Assembly (NCBI GenBank): GCA_963737655.1
Contig: CAVTTN010000002.1
Span: 4,960,001 to 5,024,000 of the forward strand
From: an uncultured Planctomycetota bacterium
GTDB taxonomy: Bacteria; Planctomycetota; Planctomycetia; Isosphaerales; Isosphaeraceae
Length of the DNA: 64,000 nt
Direction of reading: 5' to 3'
The notes below the pieces were generated by a model, which was given only the letters and a program-made list of their open reading frames with translations, had not been told where the DNA came from and ran no database searches. A program made the position numbers and the translations under genes. Below are positions 33,338-43,845 of the stretch, in pieces. Each line of letters starts with the position of its first letter. Within the stretch, counting starts at the first letter, position 1.

Positions 33338-35173
33338 ATGAGCACGATCCTGGGAATCTCGGCCTACTACCACGACTCGGCCGCCGCCCTGGTGATCGAC
33401 GGCCGGATCGCCGCCGCCGCCCAGGAGGAGCGCTTCACCCGCAAGAAGCACGACCCGGATTTCCCCGCCAACGCCGTGGCCTTCTGCCTCGAATCCAGCG
33501 GGTTGAAAGCGTCGGACCTCGACTGGGTGGGCTTCTACGACAAACCTTTGAAGAAGTTCGAGCGATTGCTCGAAACCTACCTCGCCTTCGCCCCCAGCGG
33601 CTTCCTCTCCTTCCGCCAGGCCGTCCCCACCTGGACCCGGACCAAGCTGTTCCTGCCTCGCGAGCTGCGCAAGGGCCTCCCGGGATTCACCAAGCGATTC
33701 GTGTTCACCGACCACCACGAATCCCACGCCGCCAGCGCGTTCTTCCCCTCGCCGTTCGACGAGGCCGCGATCCTCACCCTGGACGGCGTGGGCGAATGGG
33801 CCACCGCCAGCTTCGGGGTGGGCCGAGGCAACCGGATCGAGCTCCTCGGCCAGCTCGCGTTCCCCCACTCGCTGGGCCTTTTGTACTCGGCGTTCACCTC
33901 GTTCTGCGGGTTTCGCGTCAACAGCGGCGAATACAAGCTGATGGGGCTGGCGCCCTATGGCGAGCCTCGGTTCGTGAAGACCATCCATGAAAACCTGATC
34001 GATTTGAAGCCCGACGGCTCGTTCCGGATGGACCAATCGTTCTTCCGCTACGCCAACGGGCTGACGATGACGTCGCCGAAGTTCGCCCGCCTCTTCGGAG
34101 GGCCGGCGAGGCGTCCCGAGGCGCTGTTGACCGCCCGGGAGATGGACCTCGCCGCGTCGGTCCAGGTCGTGACCGAGGAGGTCATGATGAGGATGGCCCG
34201 GTCCCTCCACCAGCGGACGGGCCTCGATCGCCTCTGCCTGGCCGGAGGGGTCGCCTTGAACTGCGTGGCGAACGGCAAGATCCTCCGCGAAGGCCCGTTC
34301 CGCGACCTCTGGATCCAGCCGGCCGCCGGTGACGCCGGAGGGGCCCTGGGCGTCGCCCAGTTCATCCATCATCAATTGCTCGATCGGCAGCGAACGCCCG
34401 ATCCGATCGACTCGATGTCCGGCGCCCTGCTCGGCCCGGAGTTCACCGACGACCAGATCGCCCGCTTCCTCCGATCGGTCGAGGCGCCGTACCACCTCTG
34501 CGAGACCGACGACGAGCTTTGCGAGACGACGGCCGCCGCGTTGGCGGATGGCCAGGTCGTCGGCTGGTTCCAGGGCCGGATGGAGTTCGGCCCGAGGGCC
34601 CTGGGGGCGCGGAGCATCCTGGGCGACCCTCGCGACCGGGCCATGCAGACGACGATGAACCTGAAGATCAAGTTCCGCGAGTCGTTCCGCCCGTTCGCCC
34701 CGGCCGTCCTGGCGGAGCGGGCCTCGGAATGGTTCGACATGAGACCGGATGTCGAAAGCCCCTACATGCTGATCGTGGCGAACGTCCGCGAGGAGCACCG
34801 GATCGCCGCCCCTCCGGGCACGGAATCCCTGCAAGGCATCGACAAGCTGAAGGTGCCGAGGAGCACGATCCCGGCGGTGACCCACGTCGATCATTCGGCG
34901 AGGGTGCAGACCGTCGATCGCCTCCGCAATCCCCTGTTCCACCGCCTGATCTCGGCCTTCGACCGCCGGACGGGCTGCCCTGTGGTTGTGAACACAAGCT
35001 TCAACGTGAGGGGCGAGCCGATCGTCGGCAGCCCGGCCGACGCCTACCGGTGCTTCCTCGCCACCGACATCGATTGCCTCGCGATCGGCCGCGCATTCCT
35101 GAGAAAGACCGAGGCCCCGGCCCTGGCGCAAGAGGCGATCGCCGCGCACCTCGCGCAATTCCCTCTCGATTAG
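33338..35173 (+). CDS. O-carbamoyltransferase (NodU/CmcH/SxtI family)
   Basis: YYHDSAAAL, HHESHA, DGVGE, GEYKLMGLAPYG, EFGPRALG and NTSFN motifs. Confidence 0.93.
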   Translation: MSTILGISAYYHDSAAALVIDGRIAAAAQEERFTRKKHDPDFPANAVAFCLESSGLKASDLDWVGFYDKPLKKFERLLETYLAFAPSGFLSFRQAVPTWTRTKLFLPRELRKGLPGFTKRFVFTDHHESHAASAFFPSPFDEAAILTLDGVGEWATASFGVGRGNRIELLGQLAFPHSLGLLYSAFTSFCGFRVNSGEYKLMGLAPYGEPRFVKTIHENLIDLKPDGSFRMDQSFFRYANGLTMTSPKFARLFGGPARRPEALLTAREMDLAASVQVVTEEVMMRMARSLHQRTGLDRLCLAGGVALNCVANGKILREGPFRDLWIQPAAGDAGGALGVAQFIHHQLLDRQRTPDPIDSMSGALLGPEFTDDQIARFLRSVEAPYHLCETDDELCETTAAALADGQVVGWFQGRMEFGPRALGARSILGDPRDRAMQTTMNLKIKFRESFRPFAPAVLAERASEWFDMRPDVESPYMLIVANVREEHRIAAPPGTESLQGIDKLKVPRSTIPAVTHVDHSARVQTVDRLRNPLFHRLISAFDRRTGCPVVVNTSFNVRGEPIVGSPADAYRCFLATDIDCLAIGRAFLRKTEAPALAQEAIAAHLAQFPLD

Positions 35174-35205
35174 ATTCGCCCCGAAACGACCGAGAACGCC
35201 CCGTC

Positions 35206-35622
35206 ATGGCCATGCCCCCGATCGTCTGGCGGCCCGACCGCAAGCTCCTGAACGAGTTCGCCGAAGGCTGGATGTTCGCCTTCGGGATGGTCGGCGCCTT
35301 CTCGGCCCTGATGAAGGGAAACACCCGCGCGGCGATCGTCCTATGGATCGTCGCCGTGGCCGGCCGGGCCGTCGGCCTGCTCCGCCCCCAATGGCTGAGG
35401 CCCCTGTTCGTCGGCCTGACGCTGGCCACCTGGCCGATCGGCTGGGTGGTCTCGAACCTGATTTTGATCGTCGTCTACTTCGGCCTCTTCACGCCGATCG
35501 CGGCGATCTTCAAGCTCTCCGGACGCGACGCCATGAAGCGCCGATTCGATCCCTCGGCCGAGACCTACTGGGAGACGTATCCGGCGGACGCCTCGAAGGA
35601 GCGCTACCTCCGGCCATTCTGA
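35206..35622 (+). CDS. SxtJ-family membrane protein
   Basis: Three hydrophobic segments, PIGWVVS...YFGLFTPI...GRDAM...YW...YLRPF; lies directly downstream of the carbamoyltransferase. Confidence 0.75.
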   Translation: MAMPPIVWRPDRKLLNEFAEGWMFAFGMVGAFSALMKGNTRAAIVLWIVAVAGRAVGLLRPQWLRPLFVGLTLATWPIGWVVSNLILIVVYFGLFTPIAAIFKLSGRDAMKRRFDPSAETYWETYPADASKERYLRPF

Positions 35623-35626
35623 GCGC

Positions 35627-35653
35627 CGGTCGGTCGGTCGGTCGGTCGGTCGG
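35627..35653. repeat. Tetranucleotide microsatellite (CGGT)6CGG
   Basis: Read directly; lies between convergent stop codons. Confidence 0.9.
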
Positions 35654-35673
35654 CGGGCCCGAGGAGTCCGGGC

Positions 35674-37956
35674 TCAGCCCGGTTCGGTCGGGTCCTCGGG
35701 CCGGACCAGGAACGCCCCGGTGGTCTCGGTCCCGGACCCCAGGGCGCGGTGGGCCTCGTTGAGGCTCACGGTAATCGTGAGCCCCTCGGTGCTTTGCGGG
35801 GGGTCGGCCGGGGCGTCGGCCCCGAGGGGCCGGGGCTCGGGGACCTGGGGCCGATTCTCGGCCCACCAGAGGCGGGCGTCCTCGTTGGTCCAGGCGCCGA
35901 AGGCCGAGCACTGGCGGAGCCGGGCCAGGAGGTCCGAGGCGCCGGACGGCCGGTCGGCGGGCTTCTTGGCCAGGCAGGCCAGGACCAGGGACTCCAACGC
36001 CGGGTCGATCGCCCGGCCCAGCGAGCGAGACGGCGCCGTCGGGTCGCGGCTCAGGTGGTCGCTGAGGATCTCCATGGCCGAGGCCCCGGCGAACGCCGGC
36101 AGGCCGGTCAGGAGGAAATAGGCGACGGCCCCCACCGCGTACAGGTCGCTCTGGGCGTCGGCCGAGTCGGGGTTGCGGATCGCCTCGGGCGAGAGGTACT
36201 GGGGCGTCCCGGTGATCGAGCCGGCCATGGTCAGGCCCGGGTCGGTGTTCCTCGCCTCGCGGACCAGGCCGAAGTCCAGGACCTTCACGAAGTCGTAGAG
36301 GCCGCCTCGCTCGCAGATCATCAGGTTCGCCGGCTTGATGTCGCGATGGATCAGGCCCATGCGATGCGCCTCCTCCAGGGCGGAGGCGACCTGGATCAAG
36401 AGGTGGATCACCCGGGCCTCGGGCAGGGGGCCGAAGCGGCGGACCAGGCGCTCCAGGTCGATCCCCGGGAGGTACTCCATCGCGTAGTAGAAGATCCCCT
36501 CGGGGGTCCGGCCGAAGTCGAAGATCGTGATCGTGTTGGGGTGGTTCAGGCGGCTGGTGAGCTGGACCTCGCGCTCGAACCGGAGGAGCTCCCGGACGTT
36601 GGGCCGGACGGCCGACAGGAGCTTGATCGCCGTGGGGCGGCGGAGCATGGCGTGGCTGGCGCGATAGACGGCGCCCATGCCCCCCTGGCCCAGCTTCTCC
36701 TCCAGCGTGTACTGGCCGAGCTGGCGGGCCCGGAGCTCCGCCTGGCGGACCCGTCGCTCGGCGCAACGGGCCCGGCCGGTCAGGTCCGAGACGTTCCTCG
36801 CCGCCAGGAGGTTGGCCACGTAGCTGACCAGGAGGAGGCCCAGCAGGGACCAGATCGTCCTCCTCAAGATCCAGAGGGGCCGAAACGCCTCGGCCACGTC
36901 CACCTCGGTGGTCACGCCCATCCCGTAGTCGGGCAGCCACCTCCAGGCGCCCACGACGGGGACTCCGCGATAGTCGTTGTAGCCGACCGGGTCGATCCCG
37001 GCTCGGCCGGCGGCCAGGGACGCGGCCATCTTGGTCAAGGGCTGCTCGCGGCGCTCGACGGTCGGCCGGAAGCCGGTCGTCATGTCGCCTCCGGGGTCGC
37101 GGATCTCCAGACCCAGCATCGACCTCGCCCCAGGGGAGTCGCCGAGCAGGCCCAGGGGGCGGATCTGGTGGTCGAACCGGCTCTGCGAGAGCATCCGGCC
37201 GCGATCGTCCACGGCGTAGGTCTCCCCCGTGGTGCCGAACCGGGCGACCTGGAGGATCTGGGTGAACCCGCCTTCGGGCCGGATTCGCACGCCCAGGGCC
37301 GCGAGCACCTCGCCCCGGGCCGACCGCAGGGGGACGGCCACGAGCATCGTCGGCGCCCCGAGCTCGGGACGGCCCTCGGCGTTGGGCAACGGCACCTCGG
37401 CGGGGAACGGCCGCGAGACGGCCGCCCGCCCGCCCAGGGCGCGGCCCACGGCGTCGGACCGCTCGGCCAGGGCCCGGTCTCCCACGCTCGCGTCTTCGGA
37501 CGCTCCCACGGTCCTCCCCGTCCGATCGACCACCACGAACCCCGCGTAGCCCTGCGCCGAGGTCGGCGGCCCCAGGATCGCGCGGAGGGCCTTCGAGGCC
37601 GGGCTGGCGATCAGGTCGGACCGAGGGACGTCCTCGCCGGCCGGCCCCCGGAGGGCCAGGAGCTCGGCCGTCGCGGCGAAGACCCGGGGGTCGTGCGCCA
37701 GGTTCGTGGCCACGGTCTCCTGCCCCTGGAGCCACAGCGTCATGGCCGTCACGTTCGCCGCCAGGGTGGTCTCCAGGGCGTTGGACAGCTCCTGGGTCTT
37801 CGCTCTCTCGACGGTCCAGAGCGACCAACCTCCGACGGCCGCCAGCAACGCCAGGGTGACCGGCGGGGCCAGCCGCCCCAGCCACCGACGGCCCGGGCCC
37901 GGGCCGTCCTCCGAGAGCGACCGAGGCCCCCCCGGCTCCCCGCTCGAACCGCTCAT
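35674..37956 (-). CDS. Membrane Ser/Thr kinase with N-terminal extracytoplasmic Cache-like sensor
   Basis: TM - YNDYRGVPVVGAW (Cache-like) - TM - GQGGMG/AIK/HRDIKPAN/DFG/SPE. Alternative start at 38040. Confidence 0.88.
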   Translation of the reverse strand: MSGSSGEPGGPRSLSEDGPGPGRRWLGRLAPPVTLALLAAVGGWSLWTVERAKTQELSNALETTLAANVTAMTLWLQGQETVATNLAHDPRVFAATAELLALRGPAGEDVPRSDLIASPASKALRAILGPPTSAQGYAGFVVVDRTGRTVGASEDASVGDRALAERSDAVGRALGGRAAVSRPFPAEVPLPNAEGRPELGAPTMLVAVPLRSARGEVLAALGVRIRPEGGFTQILQVARFGTTGETYAVDDRGRMLSQSRFDHQIRPLGLLGDSPGARSMLGLEIRDPGGDMTTGFRPTVERREQPLTKMAASLAAGRAGIDPVGYNDYRGVPVVGAWRWLPDYGMGVTTEVDVAEAFRPLWILRRTIWSLLGLLLVSYVANLLAARNVSDLTGRARCAERRVRQAELRARQLGQYTLEEKLGQGGMGAVYRASHAMLRRPTAIKLLSAVRPNVRELLRFEREVQLTSRLNHPNTITIFDFGRTPEGIFYYAMEYLPGIDLERLVRRFGPLPEARVIHLLIQVASALEEAHRMGLIHRDIKPANLMICERGGLYDFVKVLDFGLVREARNTDPGLTMAGSITGTPQYLSPEAIRNPDSADAQSDLYAVGAVAYFLLTGLPAFAGASAMEILSDHLSRDPTAPSRSLGRAIDPALESLVLACLAKKPADRPSGASDLLARLRQCSAFGAWTNEDARLWWAENRPQVPEPRPLGADAPADPPQSTEGLTITVSLNEAHRALGSGTETTGAFLVRPEDPTEPG

Positions 37957-38208
37957 GTGCTCCGCCTCCGGCCCGCCACGACCACCCGGGACCGCCGCCG
38001 GCGGGGACGAAATCCCCGCGGACGGGCCCACGTCACCCATCGTTCATACCGCCGATCCGCCCGGAACCTGAACCGGGCCGTCGGATCACGTCCCTCGATC
38101 CGGGGCCCGACCCGAAGCGGTCGGCCGGAGGGCCGTCCCATCGCGAGGGCGGCGAGGATCGGCCGGGGCCCGGAGGAGTTCGGCATCACGTCTCGGTCGG
38201 AAACGACT

Positions 38209-38248
38209 CGACGCCGAGGGGGGAGACGGGTCTCCCCCCTCGGCGTCG
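38209..38248 (-). terminator. Hairpin downstream of groEL
   Basis: 19-bp perfect inverted repeat CGACGCCGAGGGGGGAGAC / GTCTCCCCCCTCGGCGTCG. Confidence 0.7.
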
Positions 38249-38282
38249 CATCGGCGATCGGAGTCCTTCGGATCCGCGATCT

Positions 38283-39908
38283 TCAGCGCACCGAGCCCTC
38301 GACCCGGGCGGCGCCCTTCTCCTCGTCTTCCTTGATGTTGGTGATCATGGCCTCGGTCGTCAGCATGAGCGCGGCGATCGAGGCGGCGTTCTGGAGGGCC
38401 GAGCGGGTCACCTTCGTCGGGTCGACGATCCCGGCCTCGAACATGTCCACATAGTCGCCCGTGTTGGCGTTGAAGCCCATCGCGCCGGGCCGCGACTTGA
38501 CCTCCTCGGCCACCACTCCGCCGTCGTGCCCGCTGTTGCCGGCGATGTGGCGGACGGGCTCTTCCAAGGCGCGGATCACGATCGAGGCGCCGAGCTTCTC
38601 GTCGCCGTGGAGCGTCCCGTGGAGCTTCTCGACGGCCGGGATCACTCGCAACAGGGCGGTCCCGCCGCCGGGGACGATCCCTTCCTCGGCCGCCGCTCGG
38701 GTGGCGTGGAGGGCGTCCTCGACCCGGGCCTTCAGCTCCTTCATCGCCGCTTCCGTGGCGGCGCCGACGTTGATCAGCGCCACACCGCCGGAGATCTTCG
38801 CGAGCCTCTCCTGGAACTTCTCCTTGTCGTACTCGCTCTCGGTCTCGTCGATCTGGCGGCGGAGCTGGTCGATCCGCTTCTGGATCTCGGCGCGCTCGCC
38901 GTGCCCCTGGATCAGCGTGGTCGAGTCCTTGTTGATCTTGACCTGCTTGGCCCGGCCGAGCTGGCTCGTCTGGATGTTCTCCAGCTTCTGGCCGAGGTCC
39001 TCGCTGACGACCGTGCCGCCGGTGAGGATCGCCATGTCCTGGAGCATCGCCTTGCGGCGGTCGCCGAAGCCCGGGGCCTTCACGGCGCAGACGTTCAACA
39101 CCCCCCGGAGCTTGTTGACGACCAGGGCCGCCAGGGCCTCGCCGTCCACGTCCTCGGCGACGATCACCAGGGGCTGGCCGCTCTGCGCGACCTTCTCCAG
39201 GAGGGGGACCATGTCGCGGAGGTTGCTGATCTTCTTCTCGTGGAGGAGGATCAACGGCTCGTCGAAGATCGCCTCCATCGTCGTCGGGCTCGTGACGAAG
39301 TAGGGCGAGAGGTAGCCCTTGTCGAACTGCATCCCCTCGACGAATTCGAGCGTCGTGGAGGCCGTCTTGCCCTCCTCGACGGTGATCACGCCGTCCCGGC
39401 CGACGCGCTCGACCGCGTCGGCGAGCATGTCGCCGATCGCCTTGTCGTTATTGGCCGAGATCGCGCCGACCTGGGCGATTTGAGCCTTGGAATCGACGGG
39501 CCGGGAGACCTTCGAATGAAGCTCCTCGACGGCCGCCTCGACGGCCTTCTCGATCCCCCGGCGGACGGCCGTGGGGTTGGCCCCATACGACACGGTCCGA
39601 AGCCCTTCGCGGAAGATCGCGCGGGCCAAAATCGTGGCGGTGGTGGTGCCGTCTCCGGCGACGTCCGAGGTCTTGCTGGCGACCACGTTCACGAGCTTCG
39701 CGCCCATGTTCTCGAACGGGTCGGCCAGCTCGATTTCCTTCGAGACGGTCACGCCGTCCTTCGTGACGGTCGGCCCGCCGAAGGACTTGGCCAGGATCAC
39801 GTTGCGGCCGGTGGGGCCGAGGGTCGTCCCGACGGCATGGGCCAGGGTATCGACGCCTTCCAGCATCTTCCGGCGGGCGGCATCAGAAAACAGGAGCTGC
39901 TTAGGCAC
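38283..39908 (-). CDS. groEL: Chaperonin GroEL (distal copy, no GGM tail)
   Basis: [26 protein letters not shown] and [10 protein letters not shown] motifs; GTG start after GGGAG. Confidence 0.97.
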   Translation of the reverse strand: MPKQLLFSDAARRKMLEGVDTLAHAVGTTLGPTGRNVILAKSFGGPTVTKDGVTVSKEIELADPFENMGAKLVNVVASKTSDVAGDGTTTATILARAIFREGLRTVSYGANPTAVRRGIEKAVEAAVEELHSKVSRPVDSKAQIAQVGAISANNDKAIGDMLADAVERVGRDGVITVEEGKTASTTLEFVEGMQFDKGYLSPYFVTSPTTMEAIFDEPLILLHEKKISNLRDMVPLLEKVAQSGQPLVIVAEDVDGEALAALVVNKLRGVLNVCAVKAPGFGDRRKAMLQDMAILTGGTVVSEDLGQKLENIQTSQLGRAKQVKINKDSTTLIQGHGERAEIQKRIDQLRRQIDETESEYDKEKFQERLAKISGGVALINVGAATEAAMKELKARVEDALHATRAAAEEGIVPGGGTALLRVIPAVEKLHGTLHGDEKLGASIVIRALEEPVRHIAGNSGHDGGVVAEEVKSRPGAMGFNANTGDYVDMFEAGIVDPTKVTRSALQNAASIAALMLTTEAMITNIKEDEEKGAARVEGSVR

Positions 39909-39920
39909 GGGTATTCTCCC

Positions 39921-40066
39921 GTAGGGTGCATGAAATGCACCGTCATGTCGGGTGCATGAAATGCACCAACAGGCATGCTCGTTCCGGTCAGGATGACGGC
40001 CGTTGGCCGCCGCATGCCCTGGTGCATTTCATGCACCCTACAGACGGTGGGTTTCACCCACCCTAC
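39921..40066. repeat. Family B GTAG-REP quadruplet between groES and groEL
   Basis: Two GT(A/C)GGGTGCATGAAATGCACC units, then two inverted units; the last reads GTAGGGTGGGTGAAACCCACC on the minus strand. Confidence 0.9.
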
Positions 40067-40069
40067 ATG

Positions 40070-40363
40070 TTAGAGGATCTTGGCCAGGATGTCGGTCTCG
40101 CGGAGGATCTTGACTTCCTCGCCGTCGACCTTGATGTCGGTGCCGGAGTACTTGCCGAAGAGGACCTCGTCCCCCTCCTTCACGCCGATCGGGCTGCGCT
40201 CGCCGCTGTCGAGCATCTTGCCGGGGCCGACCGCGAGGACCTTGCCGCGCTGGGGCTTCTCCTTGGCGGTGTCCGGCAGGACGATCCCGCCGGCCGTCTT
40301 CTCCTCGGCCTCGATCTGCTGGATCACCACGCGGTCTTCGAGCGGACGGATCTTCAGGGCCAT
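40070..40363 (-). CDS. groES: Co-chaperonin GroES
   Basis: [14 protein letters not shown]...[15 protein letters not shown]...GKYSG. Confidence 0.97.
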   Translation of the reverse strand: MALKIRPLEDRVVIQQIEAEEKTAGGIVLPDTAKEKPQRGKVLAVGPGKMLDSGERSPIGVKEGDEVLFGKYSGTDIKVDGEEVKILRETDILAKIL

Positions 40364-40437
40364 GATGACGAAATCCCCTCGGGATGATGGCTGGATCGTG
40401 AAAGTTTCCGAAGTTGATGGATGCAGGACGGGGTTCC

Positions 40438-40522
40438 GGGTGGCATGCTCACGTCCTCGTGAGCATGTCTTCGATTCATGTCGGACCGAAGACATGCTCA
40501 CGAGGACGTGAGCATGCCACCC
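40438..40522. repeat. Family A palindromic doublet, copy 2
   Basis: GGGTGGCATGCTCACG-TCCT-CGTGAGCATGTCTTCG, N13, then the reverse complement. Confidence 0.92.
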
Positions 40523-40533
40523 GAGACCTTCGA

Positions 40534-42200
<1,667 letters not shown>

Positions 42201-42284
42201 GATGGTTCTCTCCTGGGATCGTCGGCTGGAACGCGCGGGGCCATCGCCGTTCCCGGCGCCCCGCGAGGCTTCGCGAGTGGCCAA

Positions 42285-42301
42285 ATGCAAACCCCGGGCC
42301 G
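42285..42301 (-). promoter_or_regulatory. Candidate sigma54 promoter of the groEL-groES-groEL operon
   Basis: Minus strand CGGCCCGGGGTTTGCAT = GG-N10-GC with TTGCA, 85 bp upstream of the start codon. Confidence 0.55.
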
Positions 42302-42376
42302 CAGGATTTCATGAATTACAAGTCCCTTGCCCGCAAAGCTTTGTGATTTTCTACCCCGGCCCAGGGATCGAACGAC

Positions 42377-42391
42377 CTGCCAATCTGGCAG
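42377..42391. promoter_or_regulatory. Palindromic operator / upstream activator site
   Basis: CTGCCA-ATC-TGGCAG, about 76 bp upstream of the candidate -24 box. Confidence 0.5.
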
Positions 42392-42490
42392 AGTGCGACG
42401 ATCATGACAGGGACGATCCGAGGGGTCGAGCGGCCCGCTCAACCGCCGAATTCGCCGGCACAAGTCGGGGTCTGTCTCCCGAATCCGAGC

Positions 42491-42681
42491 CCGGGTGGCA
42501 TGCTGACGTCCGTGTCACGCGACACGAAGTTATACCCCCTGAATTGTTCGACAATTTCAAGGGCCTTCGGACGCAACCGACGATTTTTCAAGCGTTTATA
42601 CGAAGAAACGCCTGAAAATACAATCGCGGCGCGGGGGTATAACTTCGTGTCGCGTGACACGGACGTCAGCATGCCACCCGG
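42491..42681. mobile_element. MITE-like long form of family A (49-bp perfect terminal inverted repeats, AT-rich core)
   Basis: CCGGGTGGCATGCTGACGTCCGTGTCACGCGACACGAAGTTATACCCCC at 42491-42539 and its exact reverse complement at 42633-42681. Confidence 0.8.
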
Positions 42682-42846
42682 CCCGGCATCATCGGAACAT
42701 GTGCTCTATGAAGATCGCCTAAGGCATTGACAGCGCTGTCCTTGAAAATGTTCTGGCGTCCGACCTCGGGAGCACCTACCCTAGAACGGCTTGCAGGGGC
42801 CGTCCCCGCCGAATCGCGAGCAGCACACCCTCGGAGTCGGAACACC

Positions 42847-43785
42847 ATGCGTCGTGCTCGTCTCTTGCTGTCCGTCGGGCTCGCCTTGCTCTGGACGTGG
42901 GCCGCCCCGGCGCGGGCCGACTTCCTTTACGTCTCGCGGGACGACGGCACGATCACGCGGATCGACACCGCGACGAAGGCCGAGACGACCTTCGCCAGCA
43001 CCGGGCTGACGGGGCTTCAGGGCCTGGCGTTCGACGCCTCGGGCAACCTCTACGCCGCCAACTTCAACGGCAACACGATCGAGAAGTTCACGCCGGGGGG
43101 CGTCGAGAGCACCTTCGCCCACGCCGGGCTGGGCGCGCCCACCGGCCTGGCGTTCGACGCCTCGGGCAACCTGTACGTGGCCAACCAGAATAGCAACACG
43201 ATCGAGAGGATCACGCCGGGGGGCGTCCCCAGCACCTTCGCCCACGCCGGTCTGGGCTCTCCCCAGAGCGTGACGGGCCTGGCGTTCGACGGCTCGGGCA
43301 ACCTGTACGTCGCGATCCTCACGGCGAGCGCGATCGAGAAGATCACCCCGGGGGGCGTCGTCAGCACCTTCGCCAGCACCGGGCTGAGCTTTCCTCAGGG
43401 CCTGGCGTTCGACGGCTCGGGCAACCTGTACGCCGCCAACAGCACAAGCAGCTCGATCGAGACGATCACGCCGGGGGGCGTCCCCAGCACCTTCGCCCAC
43501 CTCGGGCTGAACGCGCCCCGGGGCCTGGCGTTCGACAGCCTGGGCAACCTGTTCGTGGCCGACCCCGGCAATAACACGATCGAGAAGATCACGCCGGGAG
43601 GCGTCGTCAGCACGTTCGAGACGGGGGTGGCGGGTTCCAGGCCCCAATTCCTCGCGTTCCAGCCCCGGTCCGTGCCCGAGCCGTCGGCCCTGGCTCTGCT
43701 GGGCGTCGGCGGCCTGGCGCTGCTGGCCCACGCCCGACGCAATCGCCGCTCGTCGCCTCGGCCGTCCGAGGCCCCGGGGGTTTGA
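42847..43785 (+). CDS. NHL-repeat beta-propeller protein with PEP-CTERM sorting signal
   Basis: Signal peptide (APARA-D), 5 x GLAFDxxGNLYxA repeats, C-terminal VPEPSALALLGVGGLALLAHARRNRR. Confidence 0.92.
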   Translation: MRRARLLLSVGLALLWTWAAPARADFLYVSRDDGTITRIDTATKAETTFASTGLTGLQGLAFDASGNLYAANFNGNTIEKFTPGGVESTFAHAGLGAPTGLAFDASGNLYVANQNSNTIERITPGGVPSTFAHAGLGSPQSVTGLAFDGSGNLYVAILTASAIEKITPGGVVSTFASTGLSFPQGLAFDGSGNLYAANSTSSSIETITPGGVPSTFAHLGLNAPRGLAFDSLGNLFVADPGNNTIEKITPGGVVSTFETGVAGSRPQFLAFQPRSVPEPSALALLGVGGLALLAHARRNRRSSPRPSEAPGV

Positions 43786-43845
43786 CACGACCCGTCCGCG
43801 CCGCGACACTACGGGCGATCCGCTCTCTTCACCGAGGACGCCGCC

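Noticed and set aside
33338..35622. Saxitoxin biosynthesis cluster
   Set aside because: Only sxtI/sxtJ-like genes are present; there is no sxtA, sxtG or other core gene.
42265..42400. CIRCE element upstream of groEL
   Set aside because: Only half-site-like strings occur (TTGGCCACTC and TCGCACTC on the minus strand), with no partner at N9 spacing.
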